Source: a candidate division FCPU426 bacterium
Lineage (GTDB): Bacteria > Oederibacteriota > Muellerivitia > Muellerivitales > Muellerivitaceae
Assembly (NCBI GenBank): GCA_963719085.1
Contig: CAVRAL010000005.1
Span: 162,442-226,441, forward strand
DNA: 64,000 bases
Direction of reading: 5' to 3'
Notes under the pieces: model-generated
The model's input: the letters and a program-made list of their open reading frames with translations, nothing else
The model's database searches: none
What the model was told of the DNA's origin: nothing
Position numbers and translations under genes: made by a program
Shown: piece by piece, positions 1 through 9,370 of the stretch
Layout: each line of letters opens with the position of its first letter
Position numbering within the stretch: position 1 is the stretch's first letter

Positions 1-1107
1 TTGCCGGCCGTCCAGAATGAACTGTCCTTCCACGGCCCGCCTGGACTTTTCCTGTTGAAGCACCACATTGACTTCCAAATCCCGGCGCAGGCTTCTTTGG
101 TTCAAATTGCTGGAACCCACCAATACCCAATCGTCCACGACCAGTGTTTTGGCGTGCAAAATGCTTTCCTGATATTCGGCGATATGGCAGCCCGCCTTCA
201 ACAGTTTGGGATAGAAAGCCATGGAAACCCACCGGACCATCGGGATGTCGGAGGAACCTGGAAGAATCAACCGCACCTCGCAGCCCCGGCGGGCCGCCTG
301 GGCCAGGGCCCTCAGCAACGATTGGGTCGGGGTAAAATAGGGGGTCAAAACCCAAATCCTCCGGCTCGCGCCTTGAAATCGGTTCAACAATTCCCGCCGG
401 TAGGCCACCCGGAGGCGACGGGTCATCGTCAACCGGATCGGGGTTCCCGCCAACTCCCGGGTAATCCAACTTTTCAACCGGCGGCGGCCCCGGCTTCCCC
501 AAAGGCGCGGCCAGCGGTCTTCCCAGGCGAGTCGGAAGGCGGTCTGGAAAACCAAACTCGCCACGCCCGACAAGAATAATCCCGTATCCCGCCACGCTTT
601 TTTCCCCTTGGCGCGCCGAAGGTGCCAGTCCGAGACATTAAAGCTTCCCATCCAAACTTGGCGCTCATCCACCAGGCAAAGCTTGCGGTGGTCCCGGCGG
701 TTGCCGGTATTTAAAAGCGAGTGCGCCTCCCGGAATCGATGTTTGAGGTGGTCCAGCCGCAAAAGCCGGAAGGCGGTGGAAAAAATTACCGGCAAGGAAC
801 GGTAAACCCGGAAGGCGGCTCCCGCTTGGGTCAACCGGGGGCCATAATGGGCGGCGAAATCCGGGGAACCAATTCCATCCACCAGCAGGCGGACCGCCAC
901 TCCCTTTTGGGCGGCTTGGCAAAGCGCCTCGGCCACCTGATCGCCCAGCCAGCCCGGCTCAAAGATATAGGTCTCAAAGTCCACCGTTCGTTTGGCCAAC
1001 CGCACGGACCTCAAAAGATCCCGGAAATATTCGTCTCCCTTGAAATAAAGGGTTTCTTTTTTCCAAGCGGCTTTTCGAGAGATTTTATTTTGGGTGATTC
1101 TTTTCAA
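1..1107 (-). CDS. cls: Cardiolipin synthase (PLD superfamily, ClsB-like); 3' end runs off the window
   Basis: Missing from the ORF track (no stop in window). Manual translation from TTG at 1107: MKRITQNK...YFKGDEYF...VDFETYIFE...VRLLVDGIGS. Two HKD motifs: RDHRKLCLVD...MGSFN and LHAKTLVVDD...VGSSNLNQRS. Confidence 0.9.
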   Translation of the reverse strand, partial: MKRITQNKISRKAAWKKETLYFKGDEYFRDLLRSVRLAKRTVDFETYIFEPGWLGDQVAEALCQAAQKGVAVRLLVDGIGSPDFAAHYGPRLTQAGAAFRVYRSLPVIFSTAFRLLRLDHLKHRFREAHSLLNTGNRRDHRKLCLVDERQVWMGSFNVSDWHLRRAKGKKAWRDTGLFLSGVASLVFQTAFRLAWEDRWPRLWGSRGRRRLKSWITRELAGTPIRLTMTRRLRVAYRRELLNRFQGASRRIWVLTPYFTPTQSLLRALAQAARRGCEVRLILPGSSDIPMVRWVSMAFYPKLLKAGCHIAEYQESILHAKTLVVDDWVLVGSSNLNQRSLRRDLEVNVVLQQEKSRRAVEGQFILDGRQ

Positions 1108-1139
1108 AAAAACCTTTCAGTCCTCGTCCTGGTCCCGCG

Positions 1140-1820
1140 TCAACTGGCGAGCAAGCCAAGCTTTCCGGAAACCCGCGGCGCCTTGACTCCCGCCTTGATT
1201 TCGCTGAATCCCCCGCAAGCCGGGCACCGGATCACGCTCATCTCATCGGGCACGTGAAGTGTATAGGACGCGGCGCAATAGGGACAAGCCACTTTCCGGG
1301 CCAAAGGCTGGGCCGTGGAGTGGTCAAAAAGAGCCCGCCCCGTCGCGGGATCGAAAAAAGAATCGACGGCCGTGGAAACCAAGGGCTCCAAATCGCCTTG
1401 GGCGAAAGGGACGATCGCGGGCCGTGACTCCTCAAAGGCCTCCGCGATCTTGATCACATGGTCGGTCCAGGCGTTGGTGATATAAAGGGAAATGAAATGA
1501 TGAAGATCGGGGATGCGGATGGAAACCCGCTTGGAATCCTCGCAGTGCTCGAAAACATAAACATTCCGGCCTCGGGAAAAACCCGACTCAAAAAAACCGA
1601 GGTTTCGGTCATCGAACGCGGCTTGGGTCTCCCGGCTTAAAATCAGGAACAAGGCGTCGGACGCCGCGGCTTGTTTTCGGAAATCCCCGATGGGGTTCTT
1701 TCCCCCGATATTCTCGTATTCTTCCCAAACCGTTCCCACTTGGACCGCCAAAAAAACTTTTTCCAAGAAAGGTTTGAGCCTCGACTCCGCCCGGCTGTTC
1801 ACAATCAGTATTCGTTTCAA
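1140..1820 (-). CDS. TIR-like (flavodoxin-fold) domain protein with C-terminal zinc ribbon
   Basis: TIR-like pattern RILIVNS...SDALFLILS...FFESGF...VYVFE; C-terminal CPYC...CPAC; in series with neighbours. Confidence 0.55.
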   Translation of the reverse strand: MKRILIVNSRAESRLKPFLEKVFLAVQVGTVWEEYENIGGKNPIGDFRKQAAASDALFLILSRETQAAFDDRNLGFFESGFSRGRNVYVFEHCEDSKRVSIRIPDLHHFISLYITNAWTDHVIKIAEAFEESRPAIVPFAQGDLEPLVSTAVDSFFDPATGRALFDHSTAQPLARKVACPYCAASYTLHVPDEMSVIRCPACGGFSEIKAGVKAPRVSGKLGLLAS

Positions 1821-1859
1821 GAGAAACCCCCATTCATTTTTCCAGGCGGTCGGCCCGGA

Positions 1860-2489
1860 TTACTTCAAAGCGGTTTGATCAACCGGGGTCGTGGTTTGCG
1901 AAACCCCGCCCCAACCCGATTCCTGGCCCGTCCGTCCCTGACGGAAATAAATCTCCTTTTGGACATCCCCTAAAAGATCCTTCACTCCGCCGTTCATGGC
2001 GTCCCCCGCCAAGGGCAAATCAAACTTTCGGCAGGCGGTCAACTGATAGAGCACGCTCACGCCGCCCTGGGGGCAATTTTCGATGTTCCAATAACCTTGA
2101 TAAACCGAGAAATCCTGGTGGTCCACATCCTCAAAGGCGATGTTGCCTTTGGGCGTCTCATGGATTTTTAAAAGCAGATGGACCCTTTTGGTGATAAATA
2201 AGAATCCCCCCTCCATTTCCTGGACCAACAAGATGTCGTTTCGATGGCGTTTCTCGACCCGGCTGACCTTCATACTGGAAACAAACTGGGGAATATTCTC
2301 GTAATCGGTCAAAACCGCCCAGACCACCGAGCGGTCCGCCATCACGTAAAATTGGCCCTGGAGTTCGTCCACCCCGGCGTTTTCCTGCGAGGTCAGGGAA
2401 ACCGGCGCAAACGCGAGTCCGGCGCCGCAAAGCGCCGCCGCGCCCGCGGCGATCAACAGCAGTGGAAAAAACCTGTTCCGGGGTCTCAA
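1860..2489 (-). CDS. SRPBCC/polyketide cyclase (COQ10-like) lipid-binding protein with signal peptide
   Basis: VWAVLTDYENIPQFVSSM and GDF-like DFSVYQGYW motifs; hydrophobic N-terminus. Confidence 0.8.
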   Translation of the reverse strand: MRPRNRFFPLLLIAAGAAALCGAGLAFAPVSLTSQENAGVDELQGQFYVMADRSVVWAVLTDYENIPQFVSSMKVSRVEKRHRNDILLVQEMEGGFLFITKRVHLLLKIHETPKGNIAFEDVDHQDFSVYQGYWNIENCPQGGVSVLYQLTACRKFDLPLAGDAMNGGVKDLLGDVQKEIYFRQGRTGQESGWGGVSQTTTPVDQTALK

Positions 2490-2502
2490 GATAATCCTCC
2501 GG

Positions 2503-3882
2503 TCAGAACGCGAACTGGAACATCATCCGCGCCGAGGGAATCAACGAGGCGGTTTGCAGTCCCGTGGTGGCGACTTGGCTGGGCATCTCGGCCAAAACAT
2601 ACATCCCGTCGTTGCCCAAGGCTTCCGGGGTATTGATCATCCACATCGCCTCCGCCACCAGCTTGGCGTCCTCATTCAGGTGCCAGGTAATGGACGGCAG
2701 GGTGATTTCGTAAATGGGGTTGCTGCCCGTGATGGCGGTATAAGGCGTTCCCGGCGCCGCGGTGGCCGCGGGAGTGACCCGGAAAGAATTATCGGGAATC
2801 ACCACGGCGAACCTGCCGGCGATCTCCCAGGGGTTATCCCCGACCGAGGCGATCACTTCCGCCCCGCCGATATTGATCTGTCCCGAGGTGACCGTATTGC
2901 CGTTGATGACAAAAGGCGCGAAGTTGGAAGCCTTAAACTGGGCCACATTGGCTTGGGCTGTTAGGGTAAAGGTAGTGTTGCCCAAAGGCGCCCGGAACTG
3001 GGTGTCCAAACTCGCCGTCCAATACTGGGCGTTGACCGGGCCAAAATTGGCCGCTGTTTTTCCCAAAAAAGGATTCCAAGCGGAATAAAGCATCATGTTG
3101 CCATAATCGCCGTTGGCCGAGAAGGCGGTGATGTAGCCGCTTTGAAGCGACAGGTCCGTGGAGTGGCCGGCATTGCTGTCATTCTCATACATCCCATTCA
3201 AGTGCAGGGCGAACGCGCTCTGGGCAGGCTTCACGAATCCGGTCTGCGTTTGATGGAAAGGGTCTTTCGTGATCCCGTCGTCAATCCCGATCCGCAAAAA
3301 CATCAAGGGCGGAAACTCAAAGGTCTCGGGCAGGTAACGCTGAGGCAAGTTCGGGGCGCCGCTCAAAACGCCGCCCGCGAAATCCAATTGGCCCATCTGG
3401 CCGTAAAGGGACAAACCATTGTCGTATCCCGTATTGAAGAACATGTTGTAGAGAAGTGATTTTTCCGTGAAAAGCTGATTGCCTTCGTAGACCGCGCTTT
3501 CCAAGTTGGCGGGCACCTTGAACTGTCCCACCTTGACATAAACCATATCCGGGATAAGCGGGATATCGACGTTGAAATCCTTCAGGTTAATCTGGTTGTT
3601 CGTGCTGTTGACCGCTTCCCCACCGAGGCCCAGCTCAAAGTTCCACTTGTAGCCCTTGAAATTTCCCGAGCTGGTTAAGCGATCCTCAACATTGAACAGA
3701 TAGATCCTGGTATGCTCCCGGGTGGGGTCGTTGGTAACCAATTCCAGTTCGCCGAGCTCTTGAAACCGCCCGCCCAAACTGAAGGCCAGGTCGTCATTTT
3801 GAAAAATCTCAGCCGAATGGGCCCCGGACGCGAATCCCAGCAAAACCGCCATCGTCAATAGGCATTTCTGAAAAGCCTTCAT
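2503..3882 (-). CDS. Outer-membrane porin (OprO/OprP-like beta-barrel)
   Basis: Signal peptide MKAFQK...AHSA; VKVGQFKVP motif; C-terminal FQFAF BAM signal. Confidence 0.7.
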   Translation of the reverse strand: MKAFQKCLLTMAVLLGFASGAHSAEIFQNDDLAFSLGGRFQELGELELVTNDPTREHTRIYLFNVEDRLTSSGNFKGYKWNFELGLGGEAVNSTNNQINLKDFNVDIPLIPDMVYVKVGQFKVPANLESAVYEGNQLFTEKSLLYNMFFNTGYDNGLSLYGQMGQLDFAGGVLSGAPNLPQRYLPETFEFPPLMFLRIGIDDGITKDPFHQTQTGFVKPAQSAFALHLNGMYENDSNAGHSTDLSLQSGYITAFSANGDYGNMMLYSAWNPFLGKTAANFGPVNAQYWTASLDTQFRAPLGNTTFTLTAQANVAQFKASNFAPFVINGNTVTSGQINIGGAEVIASVGDNPWEIAGRFAVVIPDNSFRVTPAATAAPGTPYTAITGSNPIYEITLPSITWHLNEDAKLVAEAMWMINTPEALGNDGMYVLAEMPSQVATTGLQTASLIPSARMMFQFAF

Positions 3883-3923
3883 GTTGCTCCGCCTTTTAAA
3901 TTTGATCCTCAAAAACCTTCCGC

Positions 3924-4658
3924 TTACTTGGCCCCAAAAGTCACGTCATAGTGAATTTCGATCTCGTCCGTACAGGTGACCGTGACGATCAATATCGACA
4001 TCTTGGGCGGGGTGATCTTGAAATCGGTCATCTTGAGCTTCTGGACGCCCTTCAACCGAACCTGGTTATTCTGAAAAGTCGCGTCGGCGGTCAGTGTCAC
4101 CGGGGCGGACTGACCCGCCACCGTCACGGTCCCCCGACCGGTCATGACGTAAGCGTCCGGAGACGCGCCCGCCGTTAAAGTTTCGCCGGTTAAGTTGAAC
4201 TTAATTTCGGGATAGTCTTTGGCCTGAAGCGCCTGATAGGCGTTTTTGTCCAGTCCCGTATCCTTTGAGTTAAGGGTTTTGAGCGGAACTACCAGGGTCA
4301 TGGCCTTGACTTGGCCGGTTTGAAGCGCCGTGATCAAACTATGGGGGGCCGCCCCCTTAAGAAGGGCCGAACCTTCCAGCGCTTTCGCCGTCATTTGGTA
4401 GTTATGAAGGGTCGAGCCGCCCTCCATGTATAAGAAGCTTCCTGGTTGCAGTGTCAGGACCCGTCCCGCGCCCGCCATTCCCTCGACAGGCCCTACGGTT
4501 TCGGCCGCCTTCTCGTACCAATGGATATAGCCCTTCATCAACTGGTTGCCGCCGTCTTGACTCTGCCCCGGCGCGGCGCCGCTATCAGCCCAAACCACCG
4601 GCATCAAACCCAAAAACAAACCCAAAATCCCCGCCAAAACTCGATCGAAATTTCTCAT
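3924..4658 (-). CDS. YceI family lipid/isoprenoid-binding protein
   Basis: EGGSTLH, LNSKDTGLDKNAY, YPEIKF, MTDFKITPP; signal peptide. Confidence 0.85.
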   Translation of the reverse strand: MRNFDRVLAGILGLFLGLMPVVWADSGAAPGQSQDGGNQLMKGYIHWYEKAAETVGPVEGMAGAGRVLTLQPGSFLYMEGGSTLHNYQMTAKALEGSALLKGAAPHSLITALQTGQVKAMTLVVPLKTLNSKDTGLDKNAYQALQAKDYPEIKFNLTGETLTAGASPDAYVMTGRGTVTVAGQSAPVTLTADATFQNNQVRLKGVQKLKMTDFKITPPKMSILIVTVTCTDEIEIHYDVTFGAK

Positions 4659-4689
4659 GATTGACTTCCTTTTTTTGATCCTTCATCCT

Positions 4690-5772
4690 TTAGTTCCATA
4701 GGACTTCCATCGTGGCGGCGCCCTGGATGGCCAGGCGCACTTCAATCCCCTCGTTGTCGGCGAATCCATCCAAGACCCGGAAGGAGGTCACTTGGGTTTG
4801 CAGACGGGCAAAGGGCCCCAGGGGACGGTTCAGGGCCTTGTCGATTTTTCCCTTAATCACGTCCAGCTTGACGCCGACCGGAAGCACGGCGATCTTTCGG
4901 AGTTGGTTTTTAAAATCCGATTTGAAAATCCAATCGGCGATCTGAAGCAGTAGGTCGCTGGACTTGATGTCATAGTCAAGATCCGGCAGGTCGAACATCC
5001 TCAGTTGGGGCAGGTAGCGGGGGGTTCCCCGCAAGTAAACCGTCAGGTGCGCCGGTTTGCCGGTGAAGTTGATGATGGGCGGGTTGTAATTGAGCTTTAC
5101 CTCGGCGATGACTTGGCCGCCCGACCCATACAAGCGCACGCCTTCCAAGGTGAGTTTTCGCTCGCCCGTGCCGGGGAAAACCATGCCGATCAGCTTAAGT
5201 CGGGGGTCTTTAAAATATAAATTCGCCTCTTCATAACTAATTCGGGTATTGGTGATGGCCTGAAAAACGCCCGGACCCGGCTGAAAATGCCCCAAGGGCG
5301 GGATCTCCACCGGATGGGTCACGGGTTCGGGCCCGAAGACAATCTCCGGCTCCGCCGTCATTTCTAAAACCGTATGCAGGGTGGAAACCCGCTTCAAATC
5401 GGTGCGCATGGTCCCGATACACAAGGTCTCCGGTTGAATCATCAGCCAAAGATCCTTATCCAGGAAAATGGGTACCTGCATCCGGGCCCAGAGATCCCCC
5501 ACATGGGATTTCAAATTAAGCCCGGGCGTGTTGTAAAGGTCGGGTACCAGTTGGCGCAGGCCGCCCTTGACCAGATTGGCCAAATGTTGGACCAGGTCGC
5601 CCCCGCTGGGAAAGATGATATCCACCGGCAAGCGCACCAGGCCCGGCTTGACCGCGGGAAAGCTTCGAACCGGCGGGGGTAATACGGGCACGTAGTGCGA
5701 AGGAAATGTGGCGCAGCCCATGGAGAAAACCGGCAAAAGGAGGATCAAAAGCCGGCGCCCGGTCGGGTTCAT
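4690..5772 (-). CDS. DUF4403-like putative lipoprotein
   Basis: Lipobox-like SMGC; DLWLMIQP, VYLRGTPRY and LDYDI patterns. Confidence 0.6.
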   Translation of the reverse strand: MNPTGRRLLILLLPVFSMGCATFPSHYVPVLPPPVRSFPAVKPGLVRLPVDIIFPSGGDLVQHLANLVKGGLRQLVPDLYNTPGLNLKSHVGDLWARMQVPIFLDKDLWLMIQPETLCIGTMRTDLKRVSTLHTVLEMTAEPEIVFGPEPVTHPVEIPPLGHFQPGPGVFQAITNTRISYEEANLYFKDPRLKLIGMVFPGTGERKLTLEGVRLYGSGGQVIAEVKLNYNPPIINFTGKPAHLTVYLRGTPRYLPQLRMFDLPDLDYDIKSSDLLLQIADWIFKSDFKNQLRKIAVLPVGVKLDVIKGKIDKALNRPLGPFARLQTQVTSFRVLDGFADNEGIEVRLAIQGAATMEVLWN

Positions 5773-6995
5773 GGTTTCTCATTTTCTAAAACTTGTTTTT
5801 CTTCCCGGGCCCGATCCCCCGACATTTCCACCGCGATGGCGGCGGATTGCTCGGCCGACACGCCCTCGGTGCGCCTTTCATATTCCTTTTCGCCCTGGTC
5901 GTCCTTTTCCCGCTGCGCCCCATCCGCCGCCTGTGCCTGTTCCCCCGGCAGTTGAACCCGCAGTTCCTCAATCAGCATCATGGCCGCCGCCGCGAAAGGA
6001 AGCGCCAGCAGAAGGCCCACGACGCCCATCAAGGTTCCCCCCGCCAAAAGCGAAAAAAGAACCACCGTGGAAGGCAGACGCAAGGCATGCCCGTAAACCC
6101 GTGGCACCAAAACCCGGCTCTCGAATTCCATATAAAGAAGCATCAAAGCCAGCACCGAGAGGGTGATCACCGGGCCGTTGGGAAGGGACGCGAGAACCGC
6201 CGTCGCGATCGGAAAAAAAATACCGATATAAGGCAGGATGTCGGCCACTGCCCCGAAAAAGGCCAAAGCCAAGGCGTTTTGAACCCCGCAACAGACCAAA
6301 AGCACCAGGATAAAAACGCCAATGGACGCGCTGGTGATGACCTGCCCGCGGATATAGGCGCCCACGATGGTCTCCAGATTCATCATCACGCGGGAAAGCC
6401 GGATATGGTGGGAGCGGGGGACGACGGCGAAAAGGCCGCCCCGAAGCCGGTCCCGGTCGATCATGATATAGAGGGCCAGGAAGAGGGTGCTCAGCACATA
6501 AGCGACGAAGCTAAGCGCCTCCATGGAATAAGCGAAGGCGGTGGCCCCGGCGGTGCTGACCTGTCCGCCGTATTTAAACTGCCGCAGCCATTTCGCCAAA
6601 GTCTGGCTGAGGGGATAGGCGGACAGCTTATCCGCCAATTGATCCCGCAAAGCCGGTTCCTGATCCAAGATGATCGCGCCCTGCGCCAGGAGCGCCGGAA
6701 TGGTCAGGATGGCCGCCCCCAGGATCAGGACCACCAAGGAGCCGAAGACAATCCCGATGGCGGCCCCCCGGCGGATTCCTTTTTTTTCCAGCCAATGGGT
6801 GGCCGGATTCAAGGTACCCACCATAAAAAAAGCGGCGACCAAGACTAAGAGCACCGGCAAAAGCTTGAAGATCACCCATAAACCGGCCAGCACCGCGACC
6901 AAGGTCATCATGGTCGAAGGCGCCAGTTCGAAACGCACTACGCGCCGGATGACCTTCCTCGAATTTTCCGACTCACTCTTAATCGCCAAAGTCAC
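5769..6995 (-). CDS. AI-2E family transporter
   Basis: Multi-TM; GAYIRGQ, ILPYIG and LVPRVYG motifs. Confidence 0.9.
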   Translation of the reverse strand: MTLAIKSESENSRKVIRRVVRFELAPSTMMTLVAVLAGLWVIFKLLPVLLVLVAAFFMVGTLNPATHWLEKKGIRRGAAIGIVFGSLVVLILGAAILTIPALLAQGAIILDQEPALRDQLADKLSAYPLSQTLAKWLRQFKYGGQVSTAGATAFAYSMEALSFVAYVLSTLFLALYIMIDRDRLRGGLFAVVPRSHHIRLSRVMMNLETIVGAYIRGQVITSASIGVFILVLLVCCGVQNALALAFFGAVADILPYIGIFFPIATAVLASLPNGPVITLSVLALMLLYMEFESRVLVPRVYGHALRLPSTVVLFSLLAGGTLMGVVGLLLALPFAAAAMMLIEELRVQLPGEQAQAADGAQREKDDQGEKEYERRTEGVSAEQSAAIAVEMSGDRAREEKQVLENEKP

Positions 6996-7037
6996 GGCTC
7001 ACTCCTGGATGGGGGTCTTCCCGAAAATAAATCGAAC

Positions 7038-7463
7038 CTAGAAATAATTGATCGGAAGCGGGTTCCGGGGCTCCACATGCTTCACAAAGGCCGGAGTGTC
7101 ATTGGCCAACTGCTTGGCGTGAACGATCTGGTCCGCGGATTGGCCTTTTTGAATGACCAACACCTGTCCGGGGGTAATCTGGTCCGGATCCTGAATCTCA
7201 TCCCGGTTGGTTTTGAAGATCAAAGGCCATTGAGTGGAATCGGCATAGATGCCCTCGTGATCCGAGATCGCCCAAAGGGTATCCCCGGACTGAACCACAT
7301 ATTGCTCCGCTGGCGCGGCCGCCACTACCGTCGGCGCGGCCTGTTCGGTCACGGGCGCTTGCGGAACATCGGTCACATCCATTTTTTTCGCCGCGCAGCC
7401 GCAGGCCATCATCACCATCAGACCCAGACTAAAAACCACCGCCGTCTTCTCATATTTTTTCAT
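7038..7463 (-). CDS. LysM peptidoglycan-binding lipoprotein
   Basis: Lipobox ACGC; YVVQSGDTLWAIS...WPLIFKTNRDEIQDPDQITPGQVL. Confidence 0.9.
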   Translation of the reverse strand: MKKYEKTAVVFSLGLMVMMACGCAAKKMDVTDVPQAPVTEQAAPTVVAAAPAEQYVVQSGDTLWAISDHEGIYADSTQWPLIFKTNRDEIQDPDQITPGQVLVIQKGQSADQIVHAKQLANDTPAFVKHVEPRNPLPINYF

Positions 7464-7558
7464 TTCTTTTTTCCTTTTAAGTTTTCAAGGCTTTCCGCCC
7501 GGTCAAAAGCGGACAGCGGGTGAACAGCGGATCCTCCCGGAAGGGGAAAACCCGGGCA

Positions 7559-8041
7559 TCAATTCGCGGACTGGCCGTGGGCTTCCACAAACCACAACTG
7601 CTTGTCAACATTTCGGGAAACTTCGGTCAGGATGTCCGCCGTATCCGCGTCGTCCACCTCAACGGCCTTCTGGATGGTCCCCCGGACCGATTCGCCGTAA
7701 GACGCCAAAGCGTGGGACAGGGACGCGACGTGTTCCTTGCCGCTGGAAATCGTCACTGGATAAACGGGCAGGCTGGATTTTTGGTCTACCGGGCCCAAGG
7801 TGCCGATCGCGATGCCGCCCAATTGAACGATTCTTTCCGCGATCAGGTCCGAATAGCCTTCGGCCGCTTCCGCGACCTTGTCAAACAGCTCGTGCAAGGC
7901 GATAAAACTGGGGCCCTTCACGTTCCAATGGGCCTGCTTGGCTTGAAGCGTCAAGTCGATCGAATCCACCAGGCGGCCCTGAAGCAGGGTCGTCACTTGA
8001 ATCCTGACTTTTTCCGGCAAATTGTTCTTGGTCGGATACAT
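7559..8041 (-). CDS. dps: Dps DNA-protecting ferritin-like protein
   Basis: KQAHWNVKGPSFIALHELFD, DLIAERI, DKQLWF. Confidence 0.97.
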   Translation of the reverse strand: MYPTKNNLPEKVRIQVTTLLQGRLVDSIDLTLQAKQAHWNVKGPSFIALHELFDKVAEAAEGYSDLIAERIVQLGGIAIGTLGPVDQKSSLPVYPVTISSGKEHVASLSHALASYGESVRGTIQKAVEVDDADTADILTEVSRNVDKQLWFVEAHGQSAN

Positions 8042-8071
8042 AAAAACCCGCTTTCTTTCGGCTCGAAATTT

Positions 8072-8230
8072 TCAATCCTCATCCACCAGCGCAAACTGCG
8101 TTTTGGGTTCCCCGCAGGAAGGACAAGCGCCCAGGACCCACCGGTTGCGGGATTTCAGTTCCCCGCACTCCAGGCACTTCCATAAAAGCTCCGTCCGGTC
8201 GGAATTGGCGTCATAGAGATAAATTTCCAC
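8072..8230 (-). CDS. Small rubredoxin-like/Zn-ribbon protein (52 aa)
   Basis: Below the ORF-track cutoff. GTG start after GGAGG; MEIYLYDANSDRTELLWKCLECGE...ACPSCGEPKTQFALVDED*. Confidence 0.8.
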   Translation of the reverse strand: MEIYLYDANSDRTELLWKCLECGELKSRNRWVLGACPSCGEPKTQFALVDED

Positions 8231-8248
8231 AAGCCCTCCGGCCGGGCG

Positions 8249-8527
8249 TCAACCCTGGCTTTTGCGGGAAGGGGTGAAAACCCTGAAAATGGACAGGAGC
8301 AAAATCGCCCCCAGAATGGACATGCCAAGCACTTCCCAATACCCGATTAGCGTGATCTGGAACCAGTAGGCGCAATAGCCGCCTAGAAAAGCGCCGGCCA
8401 CACCCACGACCACATCCCCTAAAATGCCCATCCCCGAACCTTCCACCAAGACGCTGGCAATCCATCCCGCCAGTCCTCCGGTAATTAAAAACCAAACCAA
8501 ATCGTGAAGCTGCATCGAGTTATCCAC
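8249..8527 (-). CDS. GlsB/YeaQ/YmgE (transglycosylase-associated) stress membrane protein
   Basis: GGLAGWIAS...GILGDVVVGVAGAFLGG pattern. Confidence 0.9.
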   Translation of the reverse strand: MDNSMQLHDLVWFLITGGLAGWIASVLVEGSGMGILGDVVVGVAGAFLGGYCAYWFQITLIGYWEVLGMSILGAILLLSIFRVFTPSRKSQG

Positions 8528-8550
8528 AGAATCCTCCGAATCAAAAAATA

Positions 8551-8576
8551 TTTCTCCGGGCTTGGGACCGGAGAAA
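8551..8576 (-). terminator. Stem-loop between the OMP gene and glsB
   Basis: TTTCTCCGG...CCGGAGAAA inverted repeat followed by a T-rich tract on the minus strand. Confidence 0.4.
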
Positions 8577-8584
8577 CCCGGCGG

Positions 8585-9145
8585 TTAAAGAATTGAAAGC
8601 CCCACTAAAAAGGTGAAGGTGCCGTTTTGAATCTTTTGGCTGGAGCTCACGTCGTTCAAACCCACCTCGTAACGGCCGCTCACCAGGATCGGATCCATGT
8701 TCACTTGGGCTCCCAGCATCAATCCCACATCGGTGCGGTTCACGTTCACGACACCGTTATCGGCCACCTCGGAATTAAAGGAAGGCCCCAAAATCACGCC
8801 CAAGGGCCCCACTAAAGTGACGTCCAAGAGAATGGGTATTTCGATATAGTCCAATTGGTAAGGGTTGCCGTTGAACTTGCCACCCTTTTGCTCATAAAGA
8901 ACTTCCGGCTGAATCGCCAGACTCGGCGAGAGGGGCAAATCCAGGAAAGCGCCGCCCACAAAACCCAAACGGGAGGCGAAAATATCATTCACATTTTGAC
9001 CCTGCAGGTTGGCCAGGTTAACCCCGCCTTCCACGCCCAACCGTAAACCCGGATCCCCGCCCGTGGACGCTTGCGCTTCCGCCGCGAACGAATTTCCAGC
9101 CATCAACAAAAACAACCCGACGAACATCCCAGTAATTTTTCTCAT
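8585..9145 (-). CDS. Small outer-membrane beta-barrel (PorT/OMP_b-brl_2-like)
   Basis: Signal peptide; LGVEGGVN, IQPEVLYEQKG, LDYIEIP, GRYEVGL. Confidence 0.85.
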   Translation of the reverse strand: MRKITGMFVGLFLLMAGNSFAAEAQASTGGDPGLRLGVEGGVNLANLQGQNVNDIFASRLGFVGGAFLDLPLSPSLAIQPEVLYEQKGGKFNGNPYQLDYIEIPILLDVTLVGPLGVILGPSFNSEVADNGVVNVNRTDVGLMLGAQVNMDPILVSGRYEVGLNDVSSSQKIQNGTFTFLVGLSIL

Positions 9146-9213
9146 TTTTTCCTTTTTTCTTGCAGCTAAGGCCCGTGGGCTTCTCAACCCACGGTTCCCC
9201 GCTTTTCAACCGC

Positions 9214-9345
9214 TTATATGTAACGAACCACAAAGAGGATCAGCGCGACCACCAACAATACGTGGACCACTCCGCCCGCCGTATTGGAGGTCGCCATCCC
9301 CAGAAGCCATAAAACCAGCAGAATCACAGCGATGGTCACCAACAT
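9214..9345 (-). CDS. lmo0937 family (DUF5670) small membrane protein (43 aa)
   Basis: Not in the ORF track. MLVTIAVILLVLWLLGMATSNTAGGVVHVLLVVALILFVVRYI*. Confidence 0.85.
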   Translation of the reverse strand: MLVTIAVILLVLWLLGMATSNTAGGVVHVLLVVALILFVVRYI

Positions 9346-9370
9346 GTGCAGCCTACTTTCTGGTTAAAAC

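Noticed and set aside
1..1257. Plus-strand ORFs 1..579 and 721..1257
   Set aside because: Antisense shadows of the minus-strand cardiolipin synthase, which has two HKD motifs.
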